Source: Octopus sinensis (taxonomy: Eukaryota). From it: 64,000 nucleotides of DNA. Shown here in pieces: positions 31,090 through 44,247 of the stretch. Positions within the stretch are counted from its first letter, which is position 1; each line of letters opens with the position of its first letter. The stretch is from positions 67,828,001-67,892,000 of the forward strand of contig NC_043010.1 in assembly GCF_006345805.1 (NCBI RefSeq). Reading direction: 5' to 3'. The notes beneath the pieces are model-generated. The model was not told the DNA's origin. It saw only the letters and a list, made by a program, of their open reading frames with translations, and did not search any database. The position numbers and the translations under genes were made by a program.

Positions 31090-31090
<1 letters not shown>
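30345..31090 (-). mobile_element. Cluster of Penelope-type terminal repeats with hammerhead-like motifs (30431-30468, 31003-31035; degenerate at ~30640 and ~30790)
   Basis: Repeated stemI-CNG(N)NGA-a-GAGC-loop-GCUC-GAAAC arrangement next to (TA)n tracts. Confidence 0.6.
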
Positions 31091-31136
<46 letters not shown>

Positions 31137-31833
31137 AAAAATATATATAAAAATACAAAATGGGACAAGAACGCAAAACATTCAAATAGACGACACAAAA
31201 AAACAGATGGGTCATTCGAAGCCTCTAATCTTCAGTCAAGAACTGGATCATTCTCGACACGATTAATCTCATCTTATCAAATGATATATGTCTCACATTC
31301 AGGTCGATCATTCTGATTTGCTTTCATTCTTGCATGTCTTTGAGTATGACTTTCTGTGCCATGCATCCATCATGGTAGGAATTCATAAAATACAAAAATG
31401 GATAAGAAATGAAACGATAGTGAGACATCTGTACAGTATTGGATTTAAGTGACAAAAGCTTGTACGATACTTCTGCCGCTGTCTCGGTCACCGTAGTAGG
31501 TTCCATTGACAAAGCACTGCAAGATGTCTGGTACTATTTTGACTGCAAATTTCACGTCACAGAGTCATTTCCCCACAGTTTTGTCAAAAATAACGAGAGC
31601 CGCTTCTAGCACGATATATATACATAGGGTGCTAAGAGCACCATCCGAGCATGATTGTTGCCAGAGTGGCTAACTGGCCTCCGTGCCGGTGGCACATAAA
31701 TGGCACCATTCAAGCGTGATCGTTACCAGCATCGCCTTACTGGCACCCGTGCCGGTGGCATATGTAAAAAGATTCGAACAAGGTCGTTGCCAGTACCGCC
31801 TGACTGACCCCCATGTATATGTATATGTGTATG

Positions 31834-31886
<53 letters not shown>

Positions 31887-32474
31887 GTATATATACATAT
31901 ATGTATATATATACACATACTCTTTTACTTGTCAAATGATTGAAACAAGTAAAAGAATAAAAGAATAAAAGAATATGTGTGTGTGTGTAGGTACATACTT
32001 GCATATATATATATTTATACTTATAAAACATAACAAAACCCCTAAAAAACAACAAAAATATCCTACAACATAACATGTAAAAACAAAAAACACAGCATCC
32101 ATACTAAAAAACCCATCTTCAATGTATTGAGTGGTTATAACTGCAGTATGAGATTAGTGCAAATATCATTTCCTGCCCAACATGTCTGATTGGTCATGTG
32201 ACATTCCTTGGATTAACAAGATCCTCTCCAGCCATACCCCTCACCCCTCCACGATAATGTTAAACCTATGCTGCCATAAGTAATAATACAGTAGAACAAC
32301 CAGGGTGGGATTGGGGGAAAAGGGGTGAAAATATATTAGGATAATTGGATTTATAGTAATTAGGGTTTTTTAGAATTGAATGGGGTTTTTCTGATACCTA
32401 AGCTAAACTGTAAGAAACTCACACGAATAAACATGTGTTTGTTTGTGTTGTGTGTGTAATGTACATATATATAT

Positions 32475-32870
32475 TTTTTACTTGTTTCAGTAATTTGACT
32501 GTGGCCATGCTGGAGCACTGCCTTTAGTCGAGCAAATCGACCTCAGGACTTATTCTTTGTAAGCCTTAGTACTTATTCTTAGTACTTATACTTAGTACTT
32601 TTGTGCCGAACCTCTAAGTTACTGGGGATGTAAACACACCAGCATCGGTTGTCAAACGATGTTGGGGGGACAAACACAGACACACAAACATATACATACA
32701 TATATACGACGGGCTTCTTTCAGTTTCCGTCTACTAAATCCACTCATAAGGCTTTGGTCAGCACTAGGCTATAGTAGAAGACACTCGCCCAAGGTGTCAC
32801 GCAGTGGGACTGAACCTGGAACCATGTGGTTCGTTAGCAAGCTACTTACCACACAGCCACTCCTACGCCA
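32475..32870 (-). mobile_element. Full-length SINE group B
   Basis: Colinear with 19857-20260. Confidence 0.85.
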
Positions 32871-32899
32871 TATATATCTTTTACTTGTTTCAGTCAAAA

Positions 32900-33286
32900 C
32901 AAGACATTTGTTCTAAAGAGCCAGAGCCAGTTTCAGCCAGGTTGGTATCAAAAGGTTTAAGAATTATTAGTCTCTATTATATATTTTAACCCTTTCTTTT
33001 GAGATGCTCTGTGTTTCTTTCAATTAATTTCAAATATAACAAATAATTTAGTAAAACAACTTAGTTATCATTAAGCTGATGTTAGAAACATAAACTGTGA
33101 CTAAGGCTTGGTAGAAGATTTTAATTCAAAACTTATGAAAACAAGACATTTGTACTCAGAGCCAGAGGCAGTTTCAGCCGGGTTGGTAATGAAAGGGTTA
33201 ATTGTTTCTCTATTATATATTTTAACCCTTTCATTACTGTATTTATTTTGAGCCAGTTTCAGCCAGGTTGGTATCGAAAGGGTTAA
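32900..33286 (+). mobile_element. Tandem family F piggyBac-like MITEs: right-end fragment, 32990-33197, and a 57-bp mini copy 33226-33282
   Basis: TTAA|CCC...GGG|TTAA termini at the stated positions. Confidence 0.8.
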
Positions 33287-33829
33287 TAGCAGTTCTAAAA
33301 ACCCTGAAAGTAGGTAGCTGTCCTGGGTATAAAGGGAGAAGCAAAGCAGATGGTAAAATTTACAGATGTTCCAGCACTCTGACTCCGCACACACAGTAGA
33401 GAAATGAATTAACAGAGAGAGATAAACTAATAACATTCTCAGAGGAAAATAACTTCGTTAAGTTGATACTCAGCATGGCATAAGCTGCCTCACACAGCTG
33501 ACTGCTGCTGCTGCCGTGGCGATATGAGTGGATATTAAAGCAGCTGCTCAATCAGGCAAATGCAGATGCACTATGCCTGCACTCTGCCAAAGCTTTCAGC
33601 GATGTCGATTCTGAGTTACATCACAAGCTGAAGTTGAACGGTCAGTTGACAAAGTCGTTATAACAAACAGCACCTGGTGGATTACTTAGCAGCGTTTTGT
33701 CCAGGCTCAGTGAGCTTTGAGTTCAAATCCTACAGGATCAACTTTGCTCAATATTTTACATGTTTTTGTTTATAGCTTCACTGAGGTGGTGGTGAGCTGG
33801 CAGAACTGTTGGCATGCTGGGCAAAGTGT

Positions 33830-34200
33830 TTTCTCTTTTACTTGTTTCAGTCATGTGACCGTGGCCATACTGGAGCACCGCCTTTAGTCGAGCAAATCGA
33901 CCCCAGGCCTTATTCTTTGTAAGCCTAGTACTTATTCTATCTGTCTCTTTTGCCAGACAGCTAAGTTACGGGGATGCAAACACACCAGCATCAGTTGTCA
34001 AGCGATGTTGGAGGGACAAACACAGACACGCAAACACATACATGCAACGGGCTTCTTTCAGTTTCCGTCTAGTAAATCCACTCACAAGGCTTTGGTCAGC
34101 CCGAGGCTATAGTAGAAGACACTTGCCCAATGTGCCATGCAGTGGGACTGAACCCGGAACCATGTGGTTCATAAGCAAGCTACTTACCACACAGCCACCT
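33830..34200 (-). mobile_element. Full-length SINE group B
   Basis: Colinear with the other group B copies. Confidence 0.85.
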
Positions 34201-35279
34201 TTTTGTAGAGATTCAACATCTGCACACTATCTTGGCTTTGGGTGTAGCTGTCAGGTAAGAAGCTTGCTTCCCAATCACATGGCTTTGAGTTCAGTCCCAA
34301 TTGGGGCACTATGGGCAAGCATGTTCTACTATGAGCCCCAAGTTGACTTGAGAGTGGATTTGGCAGATGGAGACTGAAAGAAACGCATCATGTATATGTG
34401 TGTGTGTCTGTGTGTGAGTGCATGTGTAAGTGTGTGTGTGTGAATGTGCATGTCTGCTTGTCTTGACATTGTGCAATGGTTGTAAACATGAGTGTCATTG
34501 TCAAACAAGAGTCACTGTCAAACAAGAGTCATTGTCATACAAGAGTCATTAATTTCTAATATTCTGCAAAAAAACAAAAACAAAAAAAAAAACATGTGCC
34601 CATAGGGTAAGATTACCTTGCTGGGAAACAGGTGAGGGTTTAGCAACAAGAAAGATATCCTGCCATCGACAAGTCTGTCTCAATAAACTCCATCTGACCC
34701 ATGCAACCATGGAAAAGTGGACATTAAATGATGATAATGATATATATATATATACATACATACATATATATATACATACACACACACACACACATACACA
34801 AAATATAGGGGTTTAGTTCATAGGTGAACTGGTTCTAAACGACTAGGTACACTAGGTAAGTGCAGTACTGGATTATTAGGGCTCCAAAGGTATAACCAAG
34901 ATAGTAGTTATGGAGCCATTGCAGATTTCCAATGCAGCAGATATGTAATTGTTAAAGAGGACAATAAGCATTAAGGCAAGGCAAACATCTAAAGTCATAT
35001 ACAATATTATTTTTATTGGAAAAAAAAGAATCTTTTTTCCAATAATAATAATGTATATGACTTGAGATGTTTCCCTTGCCTTAATGTTTGTTTTCTTTAA
35101 CAATTTATATAACGGGGAAAGACTGCCCCCTCACCTTTGATCATGAATAATGATGGGTTTGCACCTACAGACTTCTCCTCTAAGGCACAAGTCTGGGCAA
35201 AGTTGTTCATGGAAGACCAGAAGTCACCCATGCATACTGGCCTCCCAACTCCAGTGTGCATGTTTGACAGAGTGTAAGC

Positions 35280-36075
35280 ATCTTGAGAGAAAAGTCAGGC
35301 GTAAGAGGCATCAGATGTGGTGTGCAAGATAGATGACTGTGCTGGCATGGTCTTGTGATGCTTATAGACGAGGACAGCTGTGTAAAGAAGTGCTGATCTC
35401 TAACTTGGAGGGAACCTGTGGTAGAGGTAGACCCAGAAAGACATGGGACAAGGTGGTGAAGCATGGTCTTTGAACTTTGAGCCTCAAAGAGACAATGATT
35501 AGTGACCAAGACCTTTGGCGATGTGCTGTGCTTGAAAGGACCTGTCAAGCCAAGTGAAATCATAGTTATGCTGGTGGCACGAAAAGAACACCTTTCGTGT
35601 GTTGGGCCTCACAGAGACAAAGTGACTGAGTTCCTTTTGAGTATTGGGCCTCACAAAGGCAAAGTGGTCTAGTTCCTTTCAAGCATTGGGCCTCAAGGAG
35701 GCGAAGTGGCTGAGTTCCTTTCGAGTGTTGGGCCTCACAGAGGCAATGACCGAGACCTTTGGCATTATGACATGCTTGAGAAGAAGACCCACCAAGCTGA
35801 GCAAAATCGCAGTCATGGCAGATACCGGTGCCATGCAAAGTGACACCCGTGCCAGTGGCATGTAAAAGCAACCTGGTATTATGTGAATGGCACCTGTGCC
35901 AGTGGCACATAAAAGCACCCATTACTCTCTTGGAGTGGTTAGTATTAGGAAGAGCATGCAGCTGTAGAAAGCCAAGCCAAATCAGACTGGAGTCTGGTGC
36001 AGCCTTCCAGTGTGCCAGCCCAGTCAAAACGTCCAACCCATGCCAATATGGACAACAGACATTAAATGATGATGA
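35280..36075 (+). mobile_element. RTE (BovB-like) LINE 3' remnant: decayed ORF end plus 3' UTR ending in (GAT)n
   Basis: Reads LREKSGVRGIRCGVQDR*LCWHG..EGTCGRGRPRKTWDKVVK..DQDLWRCAVLE, with stops and a frameshift. Confidence 0.8.
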
Positions 36076-36631
36076 TAACACATAAATATGTGTATATGTA
36101 CACATACAGATATATATGTAAAAATAGGAAACACAATGGTACAGCTTGTGTATTAAATATTTAGTTAGATCTTCGTATGTGAGTTTCATTAACAAAGGAT
36201 GATCAACAGCTATACAATATAAATTATATAACCAAACTGCAATGTGAAATCTTCAGAGATTTGTAACACTCATTCAAAAATTACTGCATTAGTGACAGTG
36301 TTATTCATAACTGGTTCAGAAATACAGGAATATACACACACACATTTATTCATAAGCATATACATATTTCTATACAAATACAAAAAAAATAAACACATGT
36401 ACATATATATTTATATATACACATATAGTAAATGATATAACATATGAATGTGTATATATGGTGCATATGAATATACAGACACAATCATAAACATACAAGT
36501 CTGTGTGTGTGTGTATATATATATACACATATAAATCCATATATACATATATTATATATATATATTTATTCATCGTTTTTAGAAAATATAAATCCAGAGA
36601 AGCACACTAAGATGTAGAACAGTGTACATTT

Positions 36632-36903
36632 TAATAGGGGAGACCGGTTTATGAGATTACCCTGGGTTTCCCGTTCATAAAGGGTTCAGCTTTATGGCAT
36701 ATCGTCAGACCCCAAAACCCGTTGGCCTAAGACCTCTTCAAAATACAGAGAGGGGGAAAGGCTTCACCGTGAGGTCTTACCCTACTCCATATTTTTAAGA
36801 GGTTTCAAGCCAACAGGTTTTGGGGTCTGACCATACGCCATAAAGCTGAACCCTTTATAGATGGGAAACCCACTATAATCTCATAAACCGGCCTCTCCCA
36901 TTA
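36632..36903. mobile_element. ~270-bp foldback MITE, unclassified
   Basis: Imperfect arms of ~115 bp (ccggtttatgagatta, ataaagggttcagctttatggc, tcagaccccaaaacc and their reverse complements). Confidence 0.75.
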
Positions 36904-36919
36904 CAAAAAAATAAATAAA

Positions 36920-37417
36920 TATATATATATATAATGCACACACACTTATACATATGTATATATATGTATAATATATAACATACAAATATAAGTGTATATA
37001 TATATATATATATATATATAATGCACACACACTTATACATATACATACATACATACATATATATATACATACATATACACATACATACATGCATACATAT
37101 ACATATATACATACATACATACATATACACATATATATATATACATACATATATATACACACACACACACATATACAAATACATCGTATAGGCGCATATA
37201 TATAACTGTTTATTATATGTAAATTTACTTGTATAGTCACACATACGCACGCAGACGAACACATATATACATTCGCCTACACACATTGTCACACATACAA
37301 ATTGGCATACACACACACAATACATAGTTAATTACAAAGTCGATTCGTTTAGCACCAAACATGCTTGCGCGTATGAATACACACACAGACAAGCACGCAC
37401 GCATATATATATGTATG

Positions 37418-37455
<38 letters not shown>

Positions 37456-38317
37456 CTAAATGTATGTAGACTTTTCGGCCATTTATCGCACACAATCAAA
37501 AAACTAATGTGACTAACTGAAATATTATACCTACATCCCATCCTATATATACACACACACACACACATATATACTATATATACAATATACACATACATAC
37601 ATAGTGCGTATAAGTCATAATATACACACGTAAATATAAATCTAATACGTACACAGAATAACTTCCTCGTACAAAGAGAAATTTACACAGCAAATCTCAC
37701 AACCCAGACACATACCTATGTGTATACACCCATTCACACACAAACACACATCATATATATATATGCTATGTATGTATGTATGTATGTGTGCATACATACA
37801 CATACACACATACATGATAAAGACTTTTACACGCAATGTGCAAAGTCTTGCGATATACTAATGCATATGACACATAATTAAATATACACTCACTCATACG
37901 CACCTATGCTTTTGCATATTCAAAACACACTAACACATAGACGCACGCACACATATAACGACACAAACACACACACACGCACACAGAACCAACGGCTACA
38001 GACATACGCAGTCAACAAACGCAAATAAATACATAGTGAACAAACACAAATGCCCACTGATATACATATATATATATATATATATTATATATATACACAC
38101 TTCTCTTTGTGTCTGTCTGTCTCAGTGCGCGCGCGAGAAAGGGAGAGAGAAAGAGTGAGGAGAGAGAGAGTGAGAAAGAGAGAGAGAGTGTGTGTGGACA
38201 AGAATCTCGTATAATTCTCTTTCCAGCTTTCACGTGTGTGTGTATTTATAGATAGATATTAACTTTCTCTGTGTGTGTGTATATATATACATATCTATGT
38301 ATGTATCTATCTATCTA

Positions 38318-38348
<31 letters not shown>

Positions 38349-38374
38349 TGTGTGTGTGTGTATACATATCTATG

Positions 38375-38409
<35 letters not shown>

Positions 38410-38554
38410 TTGTGTGTGTGTATACATATCTATGTATCTATCTATCTATATATATATGTGTGCGTGTGTATACATATCTATGTATCTATCTATATATGTG
38501 TGTGTGTGTGTATACATATCTATGTATCTATCTATATATATGTGTGTGTATACA

Positions 38555-38593
<39 letters not shown>

Positions 38594-38950
38594 ATACACA
38601 TCTCTCTATCTATATATATATATATGTGTGTGTGTATATCTATGTATCTATCTATCTCTATATGTATGTGTGTGTGTATACATATCTATCTATCTATCTC
38701 TCTATATATGTGTGTGTGTAAACTCGTCTAAGTATGCATAACACACACACATATATATATATACAAACACAAAACCATGTGTGTGTGTGTGTATATATAT
38801 ATACATACATACATGCACGCACGTAATAGCAATAGCAAATACAAAGAAACACACAATTCAACACACGCACGCACGCACACACACACACACACATACACGC
38901 AAGCACACCCACACTGATGTACTGGTTATACATACATTCAATGCTGGACA
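36920..38950. repeat. Compound (TA)/(CA)/(TATC)/(GA) microsatellite region
   Basis: Direct reading; includes a higher-order ~40-50-bp unit at 38270-38720. Confidence 0.85.
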
Positions 38951-39344
38951 CACACTAAACACACTGTTAGCCACAATATCTATCTGTATATGGTGACTCT
39001 CCTTCTCTCTCTCTCTCACACACATACAGGCATCAGCTATCTCTGTCACTATCTCTTTTCCTCTATCAGGCCAGTCATACTAAATCCTCCACAGATTAAT
39101 ATACATATATACATACATACAAATAAATAAATAAATATATCCTTGAGTATATATATATATATATATATACAGAGAAAAAAGGTTTCCCGGAATGGGATGC
39201 AGCCAAAAGTCCAGTGTATGGGTCTCAAACAAAACTTCCAAATTATATTGCTGTATAAATTGTATGGCATACGCTTCCTAAAAGTCAGTATCCGCTAGTA
39301 TTACATACATTACATTATGTGTGTACGTGTGTGTATATATAAAC

Positions 39345-39444
39345 NNNNNNNNNNNNNNNNNNNNNNNNNNNNNNNNNNNNNNNNNNNNNNNNNNNNNNNN
39401 NNNNNNNNNNNNNNNNNNNNNNNNNNNNNNNNNNNNNNNNNNNN
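39345..39444. other. Assembly gap (100 N)
   Basis: Run of N. Confidence 1.
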
Positions 39445-40188
39445 GTCTCTCAGATTTTGTGGGAGGACATTGAAGAGCTGTGGACCTTTGAAGCCCAAGC
39501 TGTTGCAGCATCTGGTCCTGTATCCTGACAGCAGTGTTTGGACCTTTGGTACCATGCAGTAGTGCCCCGTTCCTGCTGTTTGTGTAAGTAACAATGCTGA
39601 AGTTTAGTTAAGTTTTTCTAGGTTTTTCCAGATGTATATTATTGCTTACCTTTCCCACCTTTGCTTCAAGGACCAGAGCCTTAACTCTTTCAGTTTCTCC
39701 CAATAGCTGACATGTCGCAACATATTGATCTTCCTTGTGTAGCTTTTCTGAATTACCTCGAGCTTCCTTGTTAATTTTACACTGTTTCATGATCACAGTT
39801 GAGAGCAGTAATCCAGACAGCCGAGAGTGAAAGTCCTCAAGAGAACCATCTTGGTTTCTTTTTCTCTTGTCTTGAAAGTCTGAAGGATCCACCCGGCCAG
39901 TCGTCTGCATTTTATTGCCCACTTAGTAAAGTGCACCTGGAAATGTGCATCATTACTCATGTCGATGCCCAAGTCATGAACTGATTTTGATTCGGGGATT
40001 AGAATCCTTCCTGGGCCAGTGTATCCTATCTGCTTTTCATTGAGTTTCCTGTGTTGGTAGCACAGGCTTTGGAATTTTTCAGCATTAAACTGCATGTTAT
40101 ATTCCTCAGCCCACCTGTATATTGCATCCAACTCACATTGCAGGGTTTTGTATCCTCTGAGAGACTTTTGTATCATCTGCATAGCTAG
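39445..40188 (-). mobile_element. CR1/L2-like LINE fragment (C-terminal reverse transcriptase region, decayed)
   Basis: SYADDTK at 40186-40166, then LQCELDAIYRWAEEYNMQFNAEKF, DLGIDMS, LDYCSQL and GPQLFNVLPQNLRD, with frameshifts. Confidence 0.85.
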
Positions 40189-40371
40189 ATGATATATATA
40201 TGTGTGTATATGAAAGAGTGTATATGTATATTAGTATACTCTTACTTGTATACATTTATATATAAACAAATACATACATGCATATATATATATATATATA
40301 TATAATATATATTCAATATATATAGATATATATATATATAAGATATTATATATTATAATATATATATAGTA

Positions 40372-40417
<46 letters not shown>

Positions 40418-40589
40418 TATATATGTATGTATATAATATACACACGCACACACATACATACATATATATATGTAGATAATACAATTTACTGAATTTCAGA
40501 TTTTAATATGCTAGACCACTGGTGTTAAATTGATGTTGATTAAATTATGTTAATTAAATTGATGATAATTAAATATATATATATATATA

Positions 40590-41870
40590 TATCAGGTCAT
40601 CCCATAAGTTTTGTTCGATTTTACCTTATTTATAATTGAATAAAATTTAATAGTATTTTAGAATGTCTAATGGAATTAAAAATTATTTTTATGCATTTGT
40701 GTACATTTAAAGTAATTAAATATTATTTTACAGAATAATAGAATAAAAATTTCTTTGATTAAAACCCTTTCTAACATGGAAATATCCAAAGAGCATTTGA
40801 GGCACATAATGCTTTATGAGTTCAAAAAAGGAAACTCTGCAACCGAAGCGACTCGAAACATACACTCAGTTTATGGGAAAGAATGCTTGAATGAAAGAAC
40901 TTGCAGAAGATGGTTTGCAAAATTCTGAAGTGGAGATTTCAGCCTTGAAGATGAAGATAGAACAGGACATCCATTTGAGTTTGATGATAAGCTCCTTGAG
41001 GCATTATTTGAAGAAAATCCTGCATTATCAGTTGAAGAATTGGCAATAAAGCTTAGTTCAAACCATACAACTGTTTATCATCTTCAACAACTTGGAAAGT
41101 TTCCTAAACTTGAAAAACGGGTGCCTCATGAATTGTCCGAAGGCAACCGCAAATCCTGAGTTGACATCTGCTCTTCTCTCCATTCTCACGAACTCATTTC
41201 ACCCTTTTTGGACAGACTAGTGACAAAAAATGGATCTTCTATGGAAATATTAAATGTCATAAACAGTGACATGGTAAAAGGGAAAAAGCTCAACCACAAC
41301 TAAGAAGGGAACTTCATGGGAAAAAGGTTCTTCTCTTTATCTGGTGGGATTCCAAAGGAGTAATTCACTTTGAATTGTTACCACCTAATGCAACAATCAG
41401 TGCTCAAGTCAACTGTATGCAATTAGAGCGTTTGAACCAAGCTTTGAAGAAAAAAATACCCGCTTTAGTGAATCAAAACGGAGTGGTGTTTCATCAGGAC
41501 AATGCGTGACCCAACCCTGAAACAATTGCATCACAGAAGATCGAAGAGCTTGGTTGGGAAAATATTCCTCAACCACCTTACTCTCCCGACCTTGCTCCTT
41601 CAGACTACCATTTGTTTTTCGCAGTTTACAGAATCATTTGGGAGACACAACTTTTGCAAGTCAGGAGGAGGTCGAAATTGACATTTCAGAGTTCTTCGCT
41701 TTGAAACCAAAAGAGTTTGACATTGATTGAATTAAAAAGCTTGTAAATAGATGGACGGAAGTCATAGATAATCAGGGAAAGTACATTGATGATTAAATTT
41801 CAATTAAATATAACATTTGATCATTTGTTTTCTTTATTCAAAATTCGGACAGAACTTACGGGATGACCTG

Positions 41871-41873
<3 letters not shown>
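40590..41873 (+). mobile_element. Full-length (~1.28 kb) mariner transposon, inactive
   Basis: ~32-bp TIRs tcaggtcatcccataagttttgttcg / cggacagaacttacgggatgacctga (about 4 mismatches), with TA flanks. Confidence 0.92.
40776..41796 (+). pseudogene. Mariner (DD34D) transposase pseudogene
   Basis: MEISKEHLRHIMLYEF..RVPHEL..FHQDNA*..PPYSPDLAPSDYHL..GKYIDD*, with several stops and frameshifts. Confidence 0.9.
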
Positions 41874-41904
<31 letters not shown>

Positions 41905-42066
41905 CAGCCATGAAACGATCGTAGTGTTTTACTCATTATCTTTTATTAAACTTTTAATAATTTTGATATTTATTTAAAATAATATAAATTAATTAATTTT
42001 ATGTATTGGCTTAAGTTTTCATTGTTTGATTTGCCTAATAGTGTTTTTTATCTCTAATTTAATATA

Positions 42067-42105
<39 letters not shown>

Positions 42106-42993
42106 TATATAATATTATAGATATATATATATAATATATATAAGATATATATATATTTATTTATAGATATTTTATATATATGCATATGTATATATATATA
42201 GATATCAGTTGTGTGTGTGTGTGTGTATATAATATATGCATTATATATATGTAATATATATATATACATGTTATATATGTGTTGTATATGTGGTATGTAT
42301 AGTATATAGTATATAATTATATATAATATATATATATATATATCTATATATATATGCTATACACACACACATACATATATATAAACATTCAAACTTGTAT
42401 ACATACACATGTATAATAATCCATATGCATACAGGTGTATCTACATTTACTTGCATTAAACCATCATCATCATCTTCATCATAGTTTCAAGTATAATATA
42501 TAAGTATGTATTCATATGCACATATGTATATATAATTATGTGTATATGCACATATGTATATATAATTATGTGTATAAATATGGTAATAAAGGGTATAGTT
42601 AATTAAATAATTAATAATTATTAATTATCAATTATTAATGATTTTACCAAGTAGTTTCGGCATGTTAAAAGAACCATTATCAGTAAACTTAAACAACAAT
42701 TTTTTATAATTATGAGTTTAATTATAATTAGGGTTCAGCCAAAAAATTTGCTTCACCACATACCGAAAATTTAGAAATAGCAGCCAAACACCTAGCTATT
42801 TCTTTACCATAAGAGAATCTCCCAGATAACATATACTCAAAAACAATCCATGTTTGGTAAAGAGAAAATACCATGAAATTCACCCAGTAATTTGATTAAC
42901 TGTGGACGTGTTTTGGAGTTAGATAGATATGAAAAATGCAAAAATCACATCTTCATACTATCATTCTCTCTCATCAGCACAGTATTTTGAGAT

Positions 42994-43651
42994 ATAGTTT
43001 TGGATCTTTTCATTTTGAACGGCAGATGTCAACACAATTTCTAGTTAACTAAACACTTTTAAACTTCGTATACTGGTAGAATGTGTTTATAAAACATCAT
43101 TTTCTCTTGTTGTTTTATTGAGAAATTCTATAGTTTGTAAGATTTTCGTCTGAAAATCCGAGCATTTCGGCAATTTTAACCAATCGATTACCTCCATTCA
43201 ACTAACATCATTTGCTGCGTCTAAAACTGAAACAACATCCTGTAACTAACCCTAAACCTCCCCCCTAACCCTAACCCTAATTTTTTTTTTTTAATTGTTA
43301 AATTAATTTAATTCCATTGCTTTAGTTTTTTTTACACGCGTAACAATTAAATTAATTTAACAATTAAGAAAAAAAAAATTTAGGGTTAGTGTTAGGGGGG
43401 AAGTTTAGGGTTAGTTACAGGATGTTGTCTCAGTTTTAGATGCAGCAAATGATTTTAGCTCAAAAGAGAGCATAGGATTGGTTAAAATTCGAAAAATTAA
43501 ACTACGTTAAACAAACAAATTGCAATTTTCTCAAGAAAGCCAAGAGAAAAAAAATGTTTTATTTTGACACATTCTACCAGTATACGAAGTTTTAAAGTCT
43601 TTAGTTAACTAGAAATTGTCTGCCGTTCAAAAGGAAAAGATCCATAGTTTT
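42994..43651. mobile_element. 642-bp foldback element (43002-43643) with 8-bp TSD and internal inverted telomere-like repeats
   Basis: ATAGTTTT|GGATCTTTT..TTTTGAACGGCAGA ... TCTGCCGTTCAAAA..AAAAGATCC|ATAGTTTT; inner arms carry ccctaa/ttaggg units. Confidence 0.85.
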
Positions 43652-44247
43652 GTCTGGTGCCGCTTGGATTCAGACAGGTATGTTCAATTTTTCTAGTGCT
43701 CTCAAGTTTAAAATCTTATATCATATTATATTATATTATATGAATGTTTTTAATTATTTTTTTAAAAAGCCAAAACAATGCAAGTTATGAGAAACAAAAC
43801 AAGTTGATGTATTTCAATATTTCAGGGTAGGGACTTGTATTATTTCTCAGGAGTTGCCTTGTTTTGGCTTTATTAATTTATTCATTTTAGATAATATTCC
43901 AAGTCATCCGTAATACCTTACGATTTGAATCCCAGTACAGAAGCGGTGTGAGTACATCCAAACATGACACCACTTATCCAGCCCAAGGATCAAAGGGCTG
44001 TTTATATTTTCAAAGCATATTATCAGCAAATAACCTTTATTAAATTGATTGATGCAATAAACCGCAGCACTTCGTTCCATAATTTTAAGATACGTACCGT
44101 ACTTAGAATGCAATTAGGGAGTCACAAAAGGATACATAAAGGGTATCTGGGAGAAATGTGGTGAAATTGTATAAGAACAACTTGAAAGGCTTTCACATGT
44201 ACAGTGTTGCGTGTGACATTTGCAGAAAACTGTAGCATTTGAAATAG

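Noticed and set aside
31324-31512. Short ORFs in non-repetitive sequence (also 33360-33551, 34876-35103, 49036-49320)
   Set aside because: No recognisable domain, no convincing paired splice sites, and lengths expected by chance.
42640-42695. Minus-strand CUGAUAA...CGAAAC..GUA hammerhead-like remnant
   Set aside because: G8 is lost and stems I and II pair poorly; at most a decayed relative.
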